The position numbers and the translations under genes were made by a program. The notes beneath the pieces were generated by a model. The model worked only from the letters and a program-made list of their open reading frames with translations. It did not search any database and was not told where the DNA came from. Below are positions 56,606 through 64,000 of a stretch of 64,000 nt of DNA, one piece after another; within the stretch, counting starts at the first letter, position 1; each line of letters opens with the position of its first letter. Source of the stretch: an uncultured Christensenellaceae bacterium (GTDB lineage Bacteria > Bacillota > Clostridia > Christensenellales > UBA1242); contig CAJULT010000001.1 in the NCBI GenBank assembly GCA_910587225.1, positions 42,753 to 106,752 on the forward strand, written 5' to 3'.

Positions 56606-57395
56606 AGACCTTGTTGTAGTTGACAACCAAAACGAAGTTGTTGCACAAAATGATTCATTTGATATTCTTGGCAACGAAACAATTTTAATGTTGGCAGATC
56701 AAGCAGAAAAAAGAATCGAAGCAATGAATAAAATCATGAACGCTTCTTTGAAAATGACAACAGTTAATGACTGGGTGCTTATTGGTGGTATTCCATATCT
56801 TCAAGAGAGTGGAGCAACAAAGGTTGCAAGACTTTTCGGAATCTCTTGGCAGATTGAAGAGCCAAAGAAAGAAACAAGAGCCGATGGACACTACACAATC
56901 ACATATAAAGGAAAATTCTCTCTTGCTGGTGCAACTATTGAGGCAGAAGGTGCAAGAAGCAGTTTTGACGACTTTTTCGCATCTGCTGGAAAGGACAAAG
57001 ATGGTAATCCAAGACCAAGAAAGACACCAGATGAGATTGATATGAGAGATGTTAAGTTGGCAGCATATACAAACTGCATCAATAACGGAATTAAGAGAAT
57101 ACTTCCGGGATTGAGAAACCTTACTGTTGAAAACCTTGCTGAAGGTGGTATTGATACAAAAAACCTTAAAGGCTATTCATTCAAAGGAGAAAGCAAAAAA
57201 GCAGCATCCAAAGTTGAAGGAAGTGGCTTTAAATGTGAGCATTGTGGAGCAGAGATAAGTTCTGCTGAAGCATCTTACTCTAAATCTTACTATGGCAAAG
57301 AACTTTGTAGGAAGTGCCAAAAACTTGCAAAGGAGGGTGGATTAGATGACAGCAGAGAAACTGAATCAACTGATTCTGGAAACCAAACAGAATAA
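56586..57395 (+). CDS. Putative phage recombination (single-strand annealing-type) protein with a C-terminal zinc ribbon
   Basis: Lies directly upstream of the PD-(D/E)XK nuclease. CEHCG...CRKC. Identity is tentative, and the start could be 56595. Confidence 0.35.
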   Translation: MMKMENKDLVVVDNQNEVVAQNDSFDILGNETILMLADQAEKRIEAMNKIMNASLKMTTVNDWVLIGGIPYLQESGATKVARLFGISWQIEEPKKETRADGHYTITYKGKFSLAGATIEAEGARSSFDDFFASAGKDKDGNPRPRKTPDEIDMRDVKLAAYTNCINNGIKRILPGLRNLTVENLAEGGIDTKNLKGYSFKGESKKAASKVEGSGFKCEHCGAEISSAEASYSKSYYGKELCRKCQKLAKEGGLDDSRETESTDSGNQTE

Positions 57396-58266
57396 AATTA
57401 AAGTTTATCCTTGCAATAATTTAAGAGCATCTAATGTTGGACATCCTTGCGAAAGATATTTGTATCTTTCAATTAAGAACTGGGAAGATAAAACACCACA
57501 TGATGCAACACTTCAGAGCATTTTCGATTTAGGAAACTCTATTGAAGATTATGCAATTAAATCTTTGAAAGAATCTGGTCTTGAAGTGTTTACACCAACC
57601 GAAAGAAGTTGGAAAGTGGAAAATCCACTTATTACTGGAAGAGAAGATCTCCGTATCAAAGAAGAAGATGGACAACTTTATCCAGTTGAAGTTAAAGGCT
57701 TATCACCACAGGAATATGACAAACTCAATTCTATTGAAGATTTTTATAAGTCTAAAAAATATTATGTTCGAGCATATCCTTCACAACTTCTTGTTTACAT
57801 GTGGAAGTTTGGAAAAGAAAAAGGTTATTTCTGCCTTGTAAACAAACTTACAGGACAAATTAAACTTATTGAAGTAGCCTTTGACTATGACAAAGCAGAT
57901 GCACTTCTTAAGAAAGCAGAGAGAATCTATGATGCTATCAAAAAGAATGATTACAGTGAACTTGCGACTTGTGATGATTGCTCAATGTGTGAAAGGTGTG
58001 ATTTAAGACATTGCTGCACAGCAAGACATGAGCCAATCGAAGCAGAAATTGACGATGGCACGATTGAAGAACTTATCAATCGAAGAAGCGAACTTAAATC
58101 AAGTGCTGATGAATACAACGAGATAAATGACAAAATCAAACAAGCACTTGGGGAAAGAAAGAAGGTCATTGCTGGAAATTATCTTGTTACTATTACAGAG
58201 ACCGAAAGAAAGCCTTATACAGTGCAAGGTGGCATTTCACAGCGTTTGAATATCAAAAAGTTATAG
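57346..58266 (+). CDS. PD-(D/E)XK (Cas4/RecB-like) exonuclease with a Cys cluster
   Basis: GREDLRI...YPVEVKG nuclease motif, with an N-terminal Cys plus a C-terminal CDDCSMCERCDLRHCC. Confidence 0.65.
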   Translation: MTAEKLNQLILETKQNKIKVYPCNNLRASNVGHPCERYLYLSIKNWEDKTPHDATLQSIFDLGNSIEDYAIKSLKESGLEVFTPTERSWKVENPLITGREDLRIKEEDGQLYPVEVKGLSPQEYDKLNSIEDFYKSKKYYVRAYPSQLLVYMWKFGKEKGYFCLVNKLTGQIKLIEVAFDYDKADALLKKAERIYDAIKKNDYSELATCDDCSMCERCDLRHCCTARHEPIEAEIDDGTIEELINRRSELKSSADEYNEINDKIKQALGERKKVIAGNYLVTITETERKPYTVQGGISQRLNIKKL

Positions 58267-58275
58267 AGGTGGAAC

Positions 58276-58704
58276 ATGGACATCACATTTGAAGTTCTTG
58301 GAAAACCTCAAGGAAAAGCAAGAGTTAAAGTAACTCAAAGAAATGGCTTTGCTCTTGCTTACACTCCTGATAAAACAACAAATTATGAAAATTTAATCAA
58401 ACTTTGTTACATGAATTGTAAACCACATGGAGATCTTACACATGAGCCAATTTCAATGACGATTAGGGCAGATTATGAGATTCCAAAGAGTTTCAGTAAG
58501 AAGAAGCAAATCGAGGCTTTAAGTGGCAAATTAAGACCTAGAACAAAGCCAGATTTGGACAATATTGCCAAGATAGTTTGTGATGCGTTAAATAAGGTCG
58601 CTTACTATGACGACAACCAAGTCATTGATTTGCATGTAACAAAGTTTTACTCAAATCAACCAAAATTGGTTATTCGTTTGAAAGAGGTGAAAGATGAAAA
58701 TTGA
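58276..58704 (+). CDS. rusA: RusA-family Holliday junction resolvase
   Basis: GKPQGKAR...YTPDKT...KPDLDNIAKIVCDALN...YYDDNQV. Confidence 0.85.
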   Translation: MDITFEVLGKPQGKARVKVTQRNGFALAYTPDKTTNYENLIKLCYMNCKPHGDLTHEPISMTIRADYEIPKSFSKKKQIEALSGKLRPRTKPDLDNIAKIVCDALNKVAYYDDNQVIDLHVTKFYSNQPKLVIRLKEVKDEN

Positions 58705-59086
58705 TTTAAGAAAACCTATTGCAGAGATGAGCGAAGAAGAAAAAGCAGAGTTCTATGAGTTCATTCAAATATTGGCTGAGAAATGGGCTTCAAAGGAAAG
58801 TTTGCAACTTGAATTTAAAACCGATAGCGAAAGAGCAGTTCGCCGAAGAATTGAGATGTTGAGACGAAAAGAAAATATCCCTTATATTTCACATTCAAAG
58901 CGTAAAGGTTATAAAGTTGCAAAGTATATGGAAGATTATCCAGATGCTAAAAAATCTTCTCTTGAAATGCACAGTAGAGCCGAAAAAATATTAGAGTCAG
59001 TAAAACCTATTGATGAGTTCTGTCGGCTTTGTGAGGAAGGAAAAATCAAGTCTAGGGAGGAAGTGTCATGGCAAGAAAAAGAATGA
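58694..59086 (+). CDS. Phage hypothetical protein (130 aa)
   Basis: Overlaps both neighbouring genes. No family recognised. Confidence 0.55.
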   Translation: MKIDLRKPIAEMSEEEKAEFYEFIQILAEKWASKESLQLEFKTDSERAVRRRIEMLRRKENIPYISHSKRKGYKVAKYMEDYPDAKKSSLEMHSRAEKILESVKPIDEFCRLCEEGKIKSREEVSWQEKE

Positions 59087-59898
59087 TTGATCCTCAAATC
59101 TGGGCGAGTGAAGATTACTCTGAGTTAAGCAATTTTGCACAACTTGTTTGGATAGGCTTATTTTCACAAGCAGATGATGAAGGTCGTGGCAAGAGTAAAC
59201 CTGCTTATTTGAAATCAATTCTTTTTCCTTACAGCGAAGATATTAAACTTGTAAAAAAAGTAGATTCTGCACTTAATGAAATCGCTAAAATTATGTCAAT
59301 TACATTCTATCAATTAGACAATAATGAGTATTATCAACTTGAAAATTGGTCTAAATGGCAGAAGGTGGATAAGCCTCAAGCAAGTAAAATTCCACCTTTT
59401 TCAGAAGGTGCAAAGATTATTCGTAAATCATTCGCCGAACATTCGCCGAATAGTAGTCGAAAGGTTAGCGAACAATCGGCAACCAGTCAACTATCATTCT
59501 CGCCTAATAAGAATAAGAAAGAGAATAGAATAGAACAAGAAATAAAAGAGAACGAGAATATACAGGCGTGTGCGTGTGATTTATTAAATAAATTTACTTT
59601 TCAAGAGTTAATAGGCACTTGCGAAAAGTTAAGTCCTGTTATCTTCCAGAGACACAAAAAAGATCCTAATGGCGATTATAGGCTAGGGCAAATCTACGAA
59701 GAAGTGTCAGTTAATTCGACTTTGGAAGATATTGAGAAACTTCTTGCTCATGCGAACAAAACTTACATTGTGCAGCCAAAGTATAACACCCTTGACTTGT
59801 GTTGGGTGCTTAACAATCAGAAGGCTGTAATGTCGGCTAAAGAACTTACAACCATTGAAAACAATTCTCAACAAAGAGACTATGATAGCGAGGATTAG
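59068..59898 (+). CDS. Putative phage replication initiator / replisome organizer
   Basis: Lies immediately upstream of the DnaC-like loader. N terminus RMIDPQIWASEDYSELSNFAQLVWIGLFSQADDEGRG. Confidence 0.45.
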   Translation: MARKRMIDPQIWASEDYSELSNFAQLVWIGLFSQADDEGRGKSKPAYLKSILFPYSEDIKLVKKVDSALNEIAKIMSITFYQLDNNEYYQLENWSKWQKVDKPQASKIPPFSEGAKIIRKSFAEHSPNSSRKVSEQSATSQLSFSPNKNKKENRIEQEIKENENIQACACDLLNKFTFQELIGTCEKLSPVIFQRHKKDPNGDYRLGQIYEEVSVNSTLEDIEKLLAHANKTYIVQPKYNTLDLCWVLNNQKAVMSAKELTTIENNSQQRDYDSED

Positions 59899-59901
59899 CC
59901 T

Positions 59902-60696
59902 ATGGGAGAAGTTAAGTTATCAGATAATGAGTTCTTGAATGCTGAAGGCATTATTTGTTGCTCCAAATGTAAAGAGCCAAAGCAAAGCGAATATGAGGGA
60001 CATAAGTATCCGATCATGTGCAAATGCCGAAGAGATAGACTTGAGGAAGAAGAACTTGAAGAAAAGCGAAGGAAACTTGAAGATAGACGAATCCAATCAA
60101 TTCCAAATGCGAAATTAAGAAGTTTTACATTTGACAAAGACGATCAGCAAGACAAAGAAACTACAACGATTTTAAAACGCTATCTTTCAAAGTTTGTAGA
60201 AATGAAAGCGAAAGGTCTTGGCTTATTGCTTTGGGGAAGTGTTGGAACAGGCAAAACATTTTACGCTCATTGCATTGCTAACGAACTTATCAATGTTGGT
60301 TATTCAGTTAAAAGCACAAGTTTATCTAACATTGTTCAAATTGCTCAAGATTTTGAAAATGGAGAAATGTCAATCAACAAAATTCTTCAAAATCAAATTA
60401 TCTTGATTGATGATGTGGGAACTGAAAGACAGACAACCTTTGCCAATGAGCAAATTTATAACTTCATTGATAAGGCTACAAGTTTGAATAGAGTTTTAAT
60501 ACTCACAACAAACTTTATGCCAAAAGAATTTGAAGAGGCAGCACAAGACACAGCAGATCTTGTTCATGCCAGAATTTATAGCCGAATCTTAGAGAAGTGC
60601 TATCCAGTTAAAGTAAACAAAATAAAACATCGTGATGCACTTAAAGAAGAGAATAGGCAGTTTATGAAAAATCTTTTACAAGGGGAGGAAGTATGA
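59902..60696 (+). CDS. DnaC/IstB-like AAA+ helicase loader
   Basis: Walker A GSVGTGKTF and Walker B ILIDDVGTE. Confidence 0.8.
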   Translation: MGEVKLSDNEFLNAEGIICCSKCKEPKQSEYEGHKYPIMCKCRRDRLEEEELEEKRRKLEDRRIQSIPNAKLRSFTFDKDDQQDKETTTILKRYLSKFVEMKAKGLGLLLWGSVGTGKTFYAHCIANELINVGYSVKSTSLSNIVQIAQDFENGEMSINKILQNQIILIDDVGTERQTTFANEQIYNFIDKATSLNRVLILTTNFMPKEFEEAAQDTADLVHARIYSRILEKCYPVKVNKIKHRDALKEENRQFMKNLLQGEEV

Positions 60697-61109
60697 CATT
60701 TGACGAAGCCTATAGAACTTACAAAGAATTAAAACGCCAAGAGTTTAATCTTCAACTGAAGAAACAAGAGTTGCAGGAATCTTGTGGTTATCCTCAAGGC
60801 AGAGATTATTCAGATACACCAGTTTCTCACAGTGTTTCAACTCCTGCTGCACTTGTGTATGTAATGCGACTAGAAGAAATTGAGAAAAAAGAAAAAGAAC
60901 TTGATGCAACAATGGAATGCGTTAGAAATGACATTCAAAGATTTCTTGACAAGATAGACAATGACGATATTAGAAGAATCTGCTCAATAAAACTTTTCAC
61001 AAAAACAAGTTGGAAAAGAATAGCAGCAGACCTAGATAAAAGTTATTCACATGTTAGGAGTTTGTTTTATCAAGGCATGACATTGTTGCACACTATGGAG
61101 GAAATATGA
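60693..61109 (+). CDS. Phage sigma-70 region-4-like transcriptional regulator (RinA/DUF1492-like)
   Basis: C-terminal HTH-like segment TSWKRIAADLDKSYSHVRSLFYQGMTLL. Position is consistent with a late-gene activator. Confidence 0.45.
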   Translation: MTFDEAYRTYKELKRQEFNLQLKKQELQESCGYPQGRDYSDTPVSHSVSTPAALVYVMRLEEIEKKEKELDATMECVRNDIQRFLDKIDNDDIRRICSIKLFTKTSWKRIAADLDKSYSHVRSLFYQGMTLLHTMEEI

Positions 61110-61696
61110 CAACCGAAACAATGAAAACTAATCGGGGGGGGCAGAGAGTAGATATATTTTCAACTTCAAGGAAATATAGCATTATTTACGCCGATCCTCC
61201 GTGGAGATATAAAGTTTGGTCTAGAGACACTGGTTTAGGAAGAAGTGCAGACTCTCATTATTCTACGATGGAAAAACAAGATATTGAGGCTTTGCCAATC
61301 AATGAAATCTCAAATAAAGACTCGGTTTTGTTTTTGTGGGTTACTGCTCCATGTTTAGAACAAGGACTAGAACTTGTAAAAAAGTGGGGATTTAAGTATA
61401 AAACGATCGGCTTTAACTGGGTTAAGCAAAACAAGAAAAGTGATTCTTTGTTTTGGGGTATGGGTTATTACACAAGAGCGAATGCAGAGATTTGCATCCT
61501 TGCTACGAAGGGAAAGACCTTGCCAAGAATATCAAGAAGAGTTCATCAAGTCGTTTTAAGCCATGTCGAAGAACATTCAAAGAAACCTAACGAAGTTAGA
61601 AAAAGAATTGTCGAACTGTTCGGAGATCTTCCAAGAATTGAATTGTTTGCGAGACAATATGCAGATGGTTGGGATTGTTGGGGAAATGAAGTTTAA
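61106..61696 (+). CDS. MT-A70 family N6-adenine DNA methyltransferase with a G8 tract at codons 10-12
   Basis: IIYADPPWRY catalytic DPPW motif. The G8 run is at 61134-61141. Confidence 0.85.
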   Translation: MTTETMKTNRGGQRVDIFSTSRKYSIIYADPPWRYKVWSRDTGLGRSADSHYSTMEKQDIEALPINEISNKDSVLFLWVTAPCLEQGLELVKKWGFKYKTIGFNWVKQNKKSDSLFWGMGYYTRANAEICILATKGKTLPRISRRVHQVVLSHVEEHSKKPNEVRKRIVELFGDLPRIELFARQYADGWDCWGNEV

Positions 61697-61708
61697 AAAG
61701 GAAAAATC

Positions 61709-62941
61709 ATGAAAAAGTGGATTAAAATTTTAATTTTAGTTTTAGTATTGACTGCTTTCAGTGTTGGTATTTATTTTACCTTAAGAGCATTGGGAGTAAC
61801 CGATATTGAAGGTTTAAGAGAAATTATTGCAAAGTGTGGAACTTGGGGCTGGGTGGTGTTTATATTGCTATTCACAATCTGCTCAACGCTCTTGTGCATG
61901 ATACCAGCAACTTCTGCAACATTTATTGCAGTTTCAATAATTCTCTTTGGTGCTTTGTATGGTTTTATTATAAGCACAATTTCAGTCTTTCTTGCCTCTT
62001 CTCTTATGTTTCTTATTGGGAACACATTAGGAGAGAAAACAATAGAAAAACTGGTTGGAAAGAAGAGTCTTGAAAAAGCACAAAACTTGCTTGATATGAA
62101 ATCTAAAATGCTGTTACCATTGATGTTTCTTTTTCCAGTCTTTCCAGACGATGCATTGTGTATGGTCGCAGGAATGACAAAGATGCGTTATTGGTATTTT
62201 GCAATCATAGTTGCGATTTTCAGAACTGTGGGAGTTGCAACGATCTGCTTCTTAGGAAGTGGGTTTATAAACTGGAGCGAACTCAGTCTTGTTGATTGGT
62301 TTGTTCTTGTCAATGTTTGTGTCTTTGATATTGTTCTCATATTCAAATATCAAGACAAACTTGAAAAATTTATTTTATCTGCACCACCTTCGTATACATT
62401 GGACTTTAACAATGGAACTGTTGTTTTTGAAAATGGGAAAACAAGAGTGGTTAAAGTTGATAACAAAGGTGGCTACTTCAGATACAAACTTAAAAAAATC
62501 TATATTCAGTGTGAAAAGGAGATTGTTATGGATAACGAAAAAACTTTTATTACAAAGCCAGAGAAAGATGAAAGATATTATTTCATTCAAAGCACAGGGC
62601 AAATTAGAAATTGCTTGAACACAAAAGAAAACAAGAAAAATGCAAAAAGGCTTGATATGTTCAACTTCTTTAAAAATCAAAAAGAGGCTGAAAGACAAAG
62701 AAATTGCTTAAAGTTTACAAATCAACTTAGGAAGTATGTTGAAGAAAATGACATTGACGAAGCAATCGAAGGACAAAGGTATTTCATGTATTTTGATGAG
62801 ACTCAAGGTGAAATTGTTGTTGATTGGCTGCAATCTTGCGTTATTCAAGGCACAATCTTTGCGAACAGCAAGGAAGTGTTGTTGGATGCGATCAAGTTCG
62901 TAGGCGAAGAGAACATTAAGCAATATATTTTCGGCAAATAG
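61709..62941 (+). CDS. TVP38/TMEM64 (DedA-superfamily) membrane domain fused to an unknown ~195-aa soluble domain
   Basis: About 5 TM segments with a MFLFPVFPDDALCMVAGMT signature, followed by a hydrophilic C-terminal half. Confidence 0.6.
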   Translation: MKKWIKILILVLVLTAFSVGIYFTLRALGVTDIEGLREIIAKCGTWGWVVFILLFTICSTLLCMIPATSATFIAVSIILFGALYGFIISTISVFLASSLMFLIGNTLGEKTIEKLVGKKSLEKAQNLLDMKSKMLLPLMFLFPVFPDDALCMVAGMTKMRYWYFAIIVAIFRTVGVATICFLGSGFINWSELSLVDWFVLVNVCVFDIVLIFKYQDKLEKFILSAPPSYTLDFNNGTVVFENGKTRVVKVDNKGGYFRYKLKKIYIQCEKEIVMDNEKTFITKPEKDERYYFIQSTGQIRNCLNTKENKKNAKRLDMFNFFKNQKEAERQRNCLKFTNQLRKYVEENDIDEAIEGQRYFMYFDETQGEIVVDWLQSCVIQGTIFANSKEVLLDAIKFVGEENIKQYIFGK

Positions 62942-62950
62942 AGGTGGGCA

Positions 62951-63694
62951 ATGAAGTATATAGCAAGTTGCTCATTTGGAAAGGACAGCCTAGCGATGCT
63001 ATTAAAAATTTTGGAACTTGGTTTACCACTAGATGAAGTTGTTTATTGTGATATTCGATTTGACGAAAAATCTTTGAGTGGAGAAACGCCTGAAATGGCA
63101 GCATGGATTCCACAAGCAGAAAAAATACTTAAAGATAAGTTTAATGTAACAGTTAAACGCATTTCATCAAAATGGACTTTTAAGAGCCATTTCTATCGTG
63201 TAAAACGAAAGGGCAACCATATTGGAGATAACTATGGTTTCCCTTATGTTGTGGGAGCATGGTGCAATTCTAGGCTTAAATTAGAGCCAATGAATAAATA
63301 CATTAAACAGATTTTGAAAAGTGGCGAATCGGTAACTGAGTATATTGGCATTGCCAAAGATGAGCCAAAGAGATTGGAGCGTTACAAGAAACTTGAAACT
63401 GAAAAACACAAATATGTTACTCTTGCAGATTTCAACATTACAGAACTTGAAGCAATGGAGATTTGCAGAAAACATAATTTGTTAAGTCCAATTTATAAAA
63501 GCAGTTTTCGTGGTGGTTGTTGGTTTTGTCCAAAACAAAGTCTTAAGCAGTTGAAATGGCTTTACATGTATCATCCAGAGTTATGGCAAGAACTTAAAAA
63601 TATGGAGAAAGATAGTCATAACACATTTAAGCCGAACATGACACTTGTTGAACTGGAAGAACGCTTTAAACAAGAGGTGAAAAATGGAAATTAA
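62951..63694 (+). CDS. PAPS-reductase-like PP-loop ATPase (phage type)
   Basis: N-terminal SFGKDS PP-loop and a C-terminal GGCWFCP. Confidence 0.75.
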   Translation: MKYIASCSFGKDSLAMLLKILELGLPLDEVVYCDIRFDEKSLSGETPEMAAWIPQAEKILKDKFNVTVKRISSKWTFKSHFYRVKRKGNHIGDNYGFPYVVGAWCNSRLKLEPMNKYIKQILKSGESVTEYIGIAKDEPKRLERYKKLETEKHKYVTLADFNITELEAMEICRKHNLLSPIYKSSFRGGCWFCPKQSLKQLKWLYMYHPELWQELKNMEKDSHNTFKPNMTLVELEERFKQEVKNGN

Positions 63695-63950
63695 AGAAGT
63701 TACTATACCTGCTTGTGCAGAGCATCAAGGATTGTATTCTATCAAAGTAAAATTGCATTGGGTTTGTCCAGTGTGCAAAAAAGAGCGTGGAGAGATAGAA
63801 ACTGTTCGCTCTTATGATGGCAGTCAAGTTCTCTTCTGTGATGGCTGGAAGAATCCTTGTGGACATGTTGACTACTACTGCGATGTTAGAAAAGAAGCAA
63901 AAGAGAATGGGTTAAATATAAACAAAGATGGAGGAGAAACTGACAAATGA
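63684..63950 (+). CDS. Small Cys-rich (zinc-ribbon-like) phage protein
   Basis: CAEH...CPVCKKE...FCDGWKNPCGH. Overlaps both neighbouring genes. Confidence 0.55.
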   Translation: MEIKEVTIPACAEHQGLYSIKVKLHWVCPVCKKERGEIETVRSYDGSQVLFCDGWKNPCGHVDYYCDVRKEAKENGLNINKDGGETDK

Positions 63951-64000
63951 ACTTCCATCTAATGTTTGAGCAAAGTGGAACTTTTAAAAATGTTCTGAAA
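63947..64000 (+). CDS. 5' end of a further phage gene (possibly a DNA methyltransferase-like protein), truncated by the window
   Basis: The ATG at 63947 overlaps the previous stop (ATGA). MNFHLMFEQSGTFKNVLK is open to the edge. The EQSGTF motif recalls phage methylase N termini, but only weakly. Confidence 0.3.
   Translation, partial: MNFHLMFEQSGTFKNVLK

Larger units (their letters stand above)
55962..64000 (+). mobile_element. Prophage early arm (regulation, recombination, replication, DNA modification), continuing past the window edge
   Basis: Fourteen co-oriented, overlapping genes including RusA, a DnaC-like loader, a PD-(D/E)XK nuclease, an MT-A70 methylase and a PAPS-reductase-like protein. 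Confidence 0.8.

Overview
This 64-kb chromosomal segment comes from a low-GC, endospore-forming Firmicute with Clostridia/Bacilli-like synteny. The backbone gene blocks are: ileS; spoIIGA-sigE-sigG-ylmC with nrdR nearby; feoAB-der-plsY-spoIVA; spoVM/rpmB/asp23/yloV-tlyA; comEC-holA; pcrA-ligA; rpsL-rpsG-fusA-tuf; sepF-lspA-rluD; and rplU-prp-rpmA-ogg. Several accessory elements interrupt this backbone. (1) A phage-derived head plus holin module lies at 24.1-31.2 kb. I see no large terminase, tail, endolysin, integrase or replication genes in it, and a consensus sigma-A promoter sits upstream. (2) The early (recombination, replication, DNA-modification) arm of a prophage runs from about 55.96 kb to the window edge. 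(3) An AT-rich two-gene insertion follows tuf. (4) Three tandem paralogous genes of unknown function precede the str operon. (5) A small XRE-centred island lies next to spoIVA. The strongest non-genic signals are listed next. A 175-nt structured element occurs twice (3' of spoIVA, and between rpsG and fusA), with compensatory base changes in three helices. Three G/C homopolymers of 8-9 nt sit in a promoter spacer, in a membrane-protein CDS and in a prophage MT-A70 methylase CDS, and are candidate phase-variation switches. A spoVM-like 29-codon ORF is absent from the ORF track. A 78-aa gene cassette is bracketed by about 65-bp direct repeats that carry 8-bp tandem arrays. Two promoters sit inside the loops of RBS-sequestering hairpins. 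The rpsL leader ends in an intrinsic terminator. I recognised no rRNA, tRNA or CRISPR array. All calls rest on reading the translations and the sequence by eye; no database search was run.
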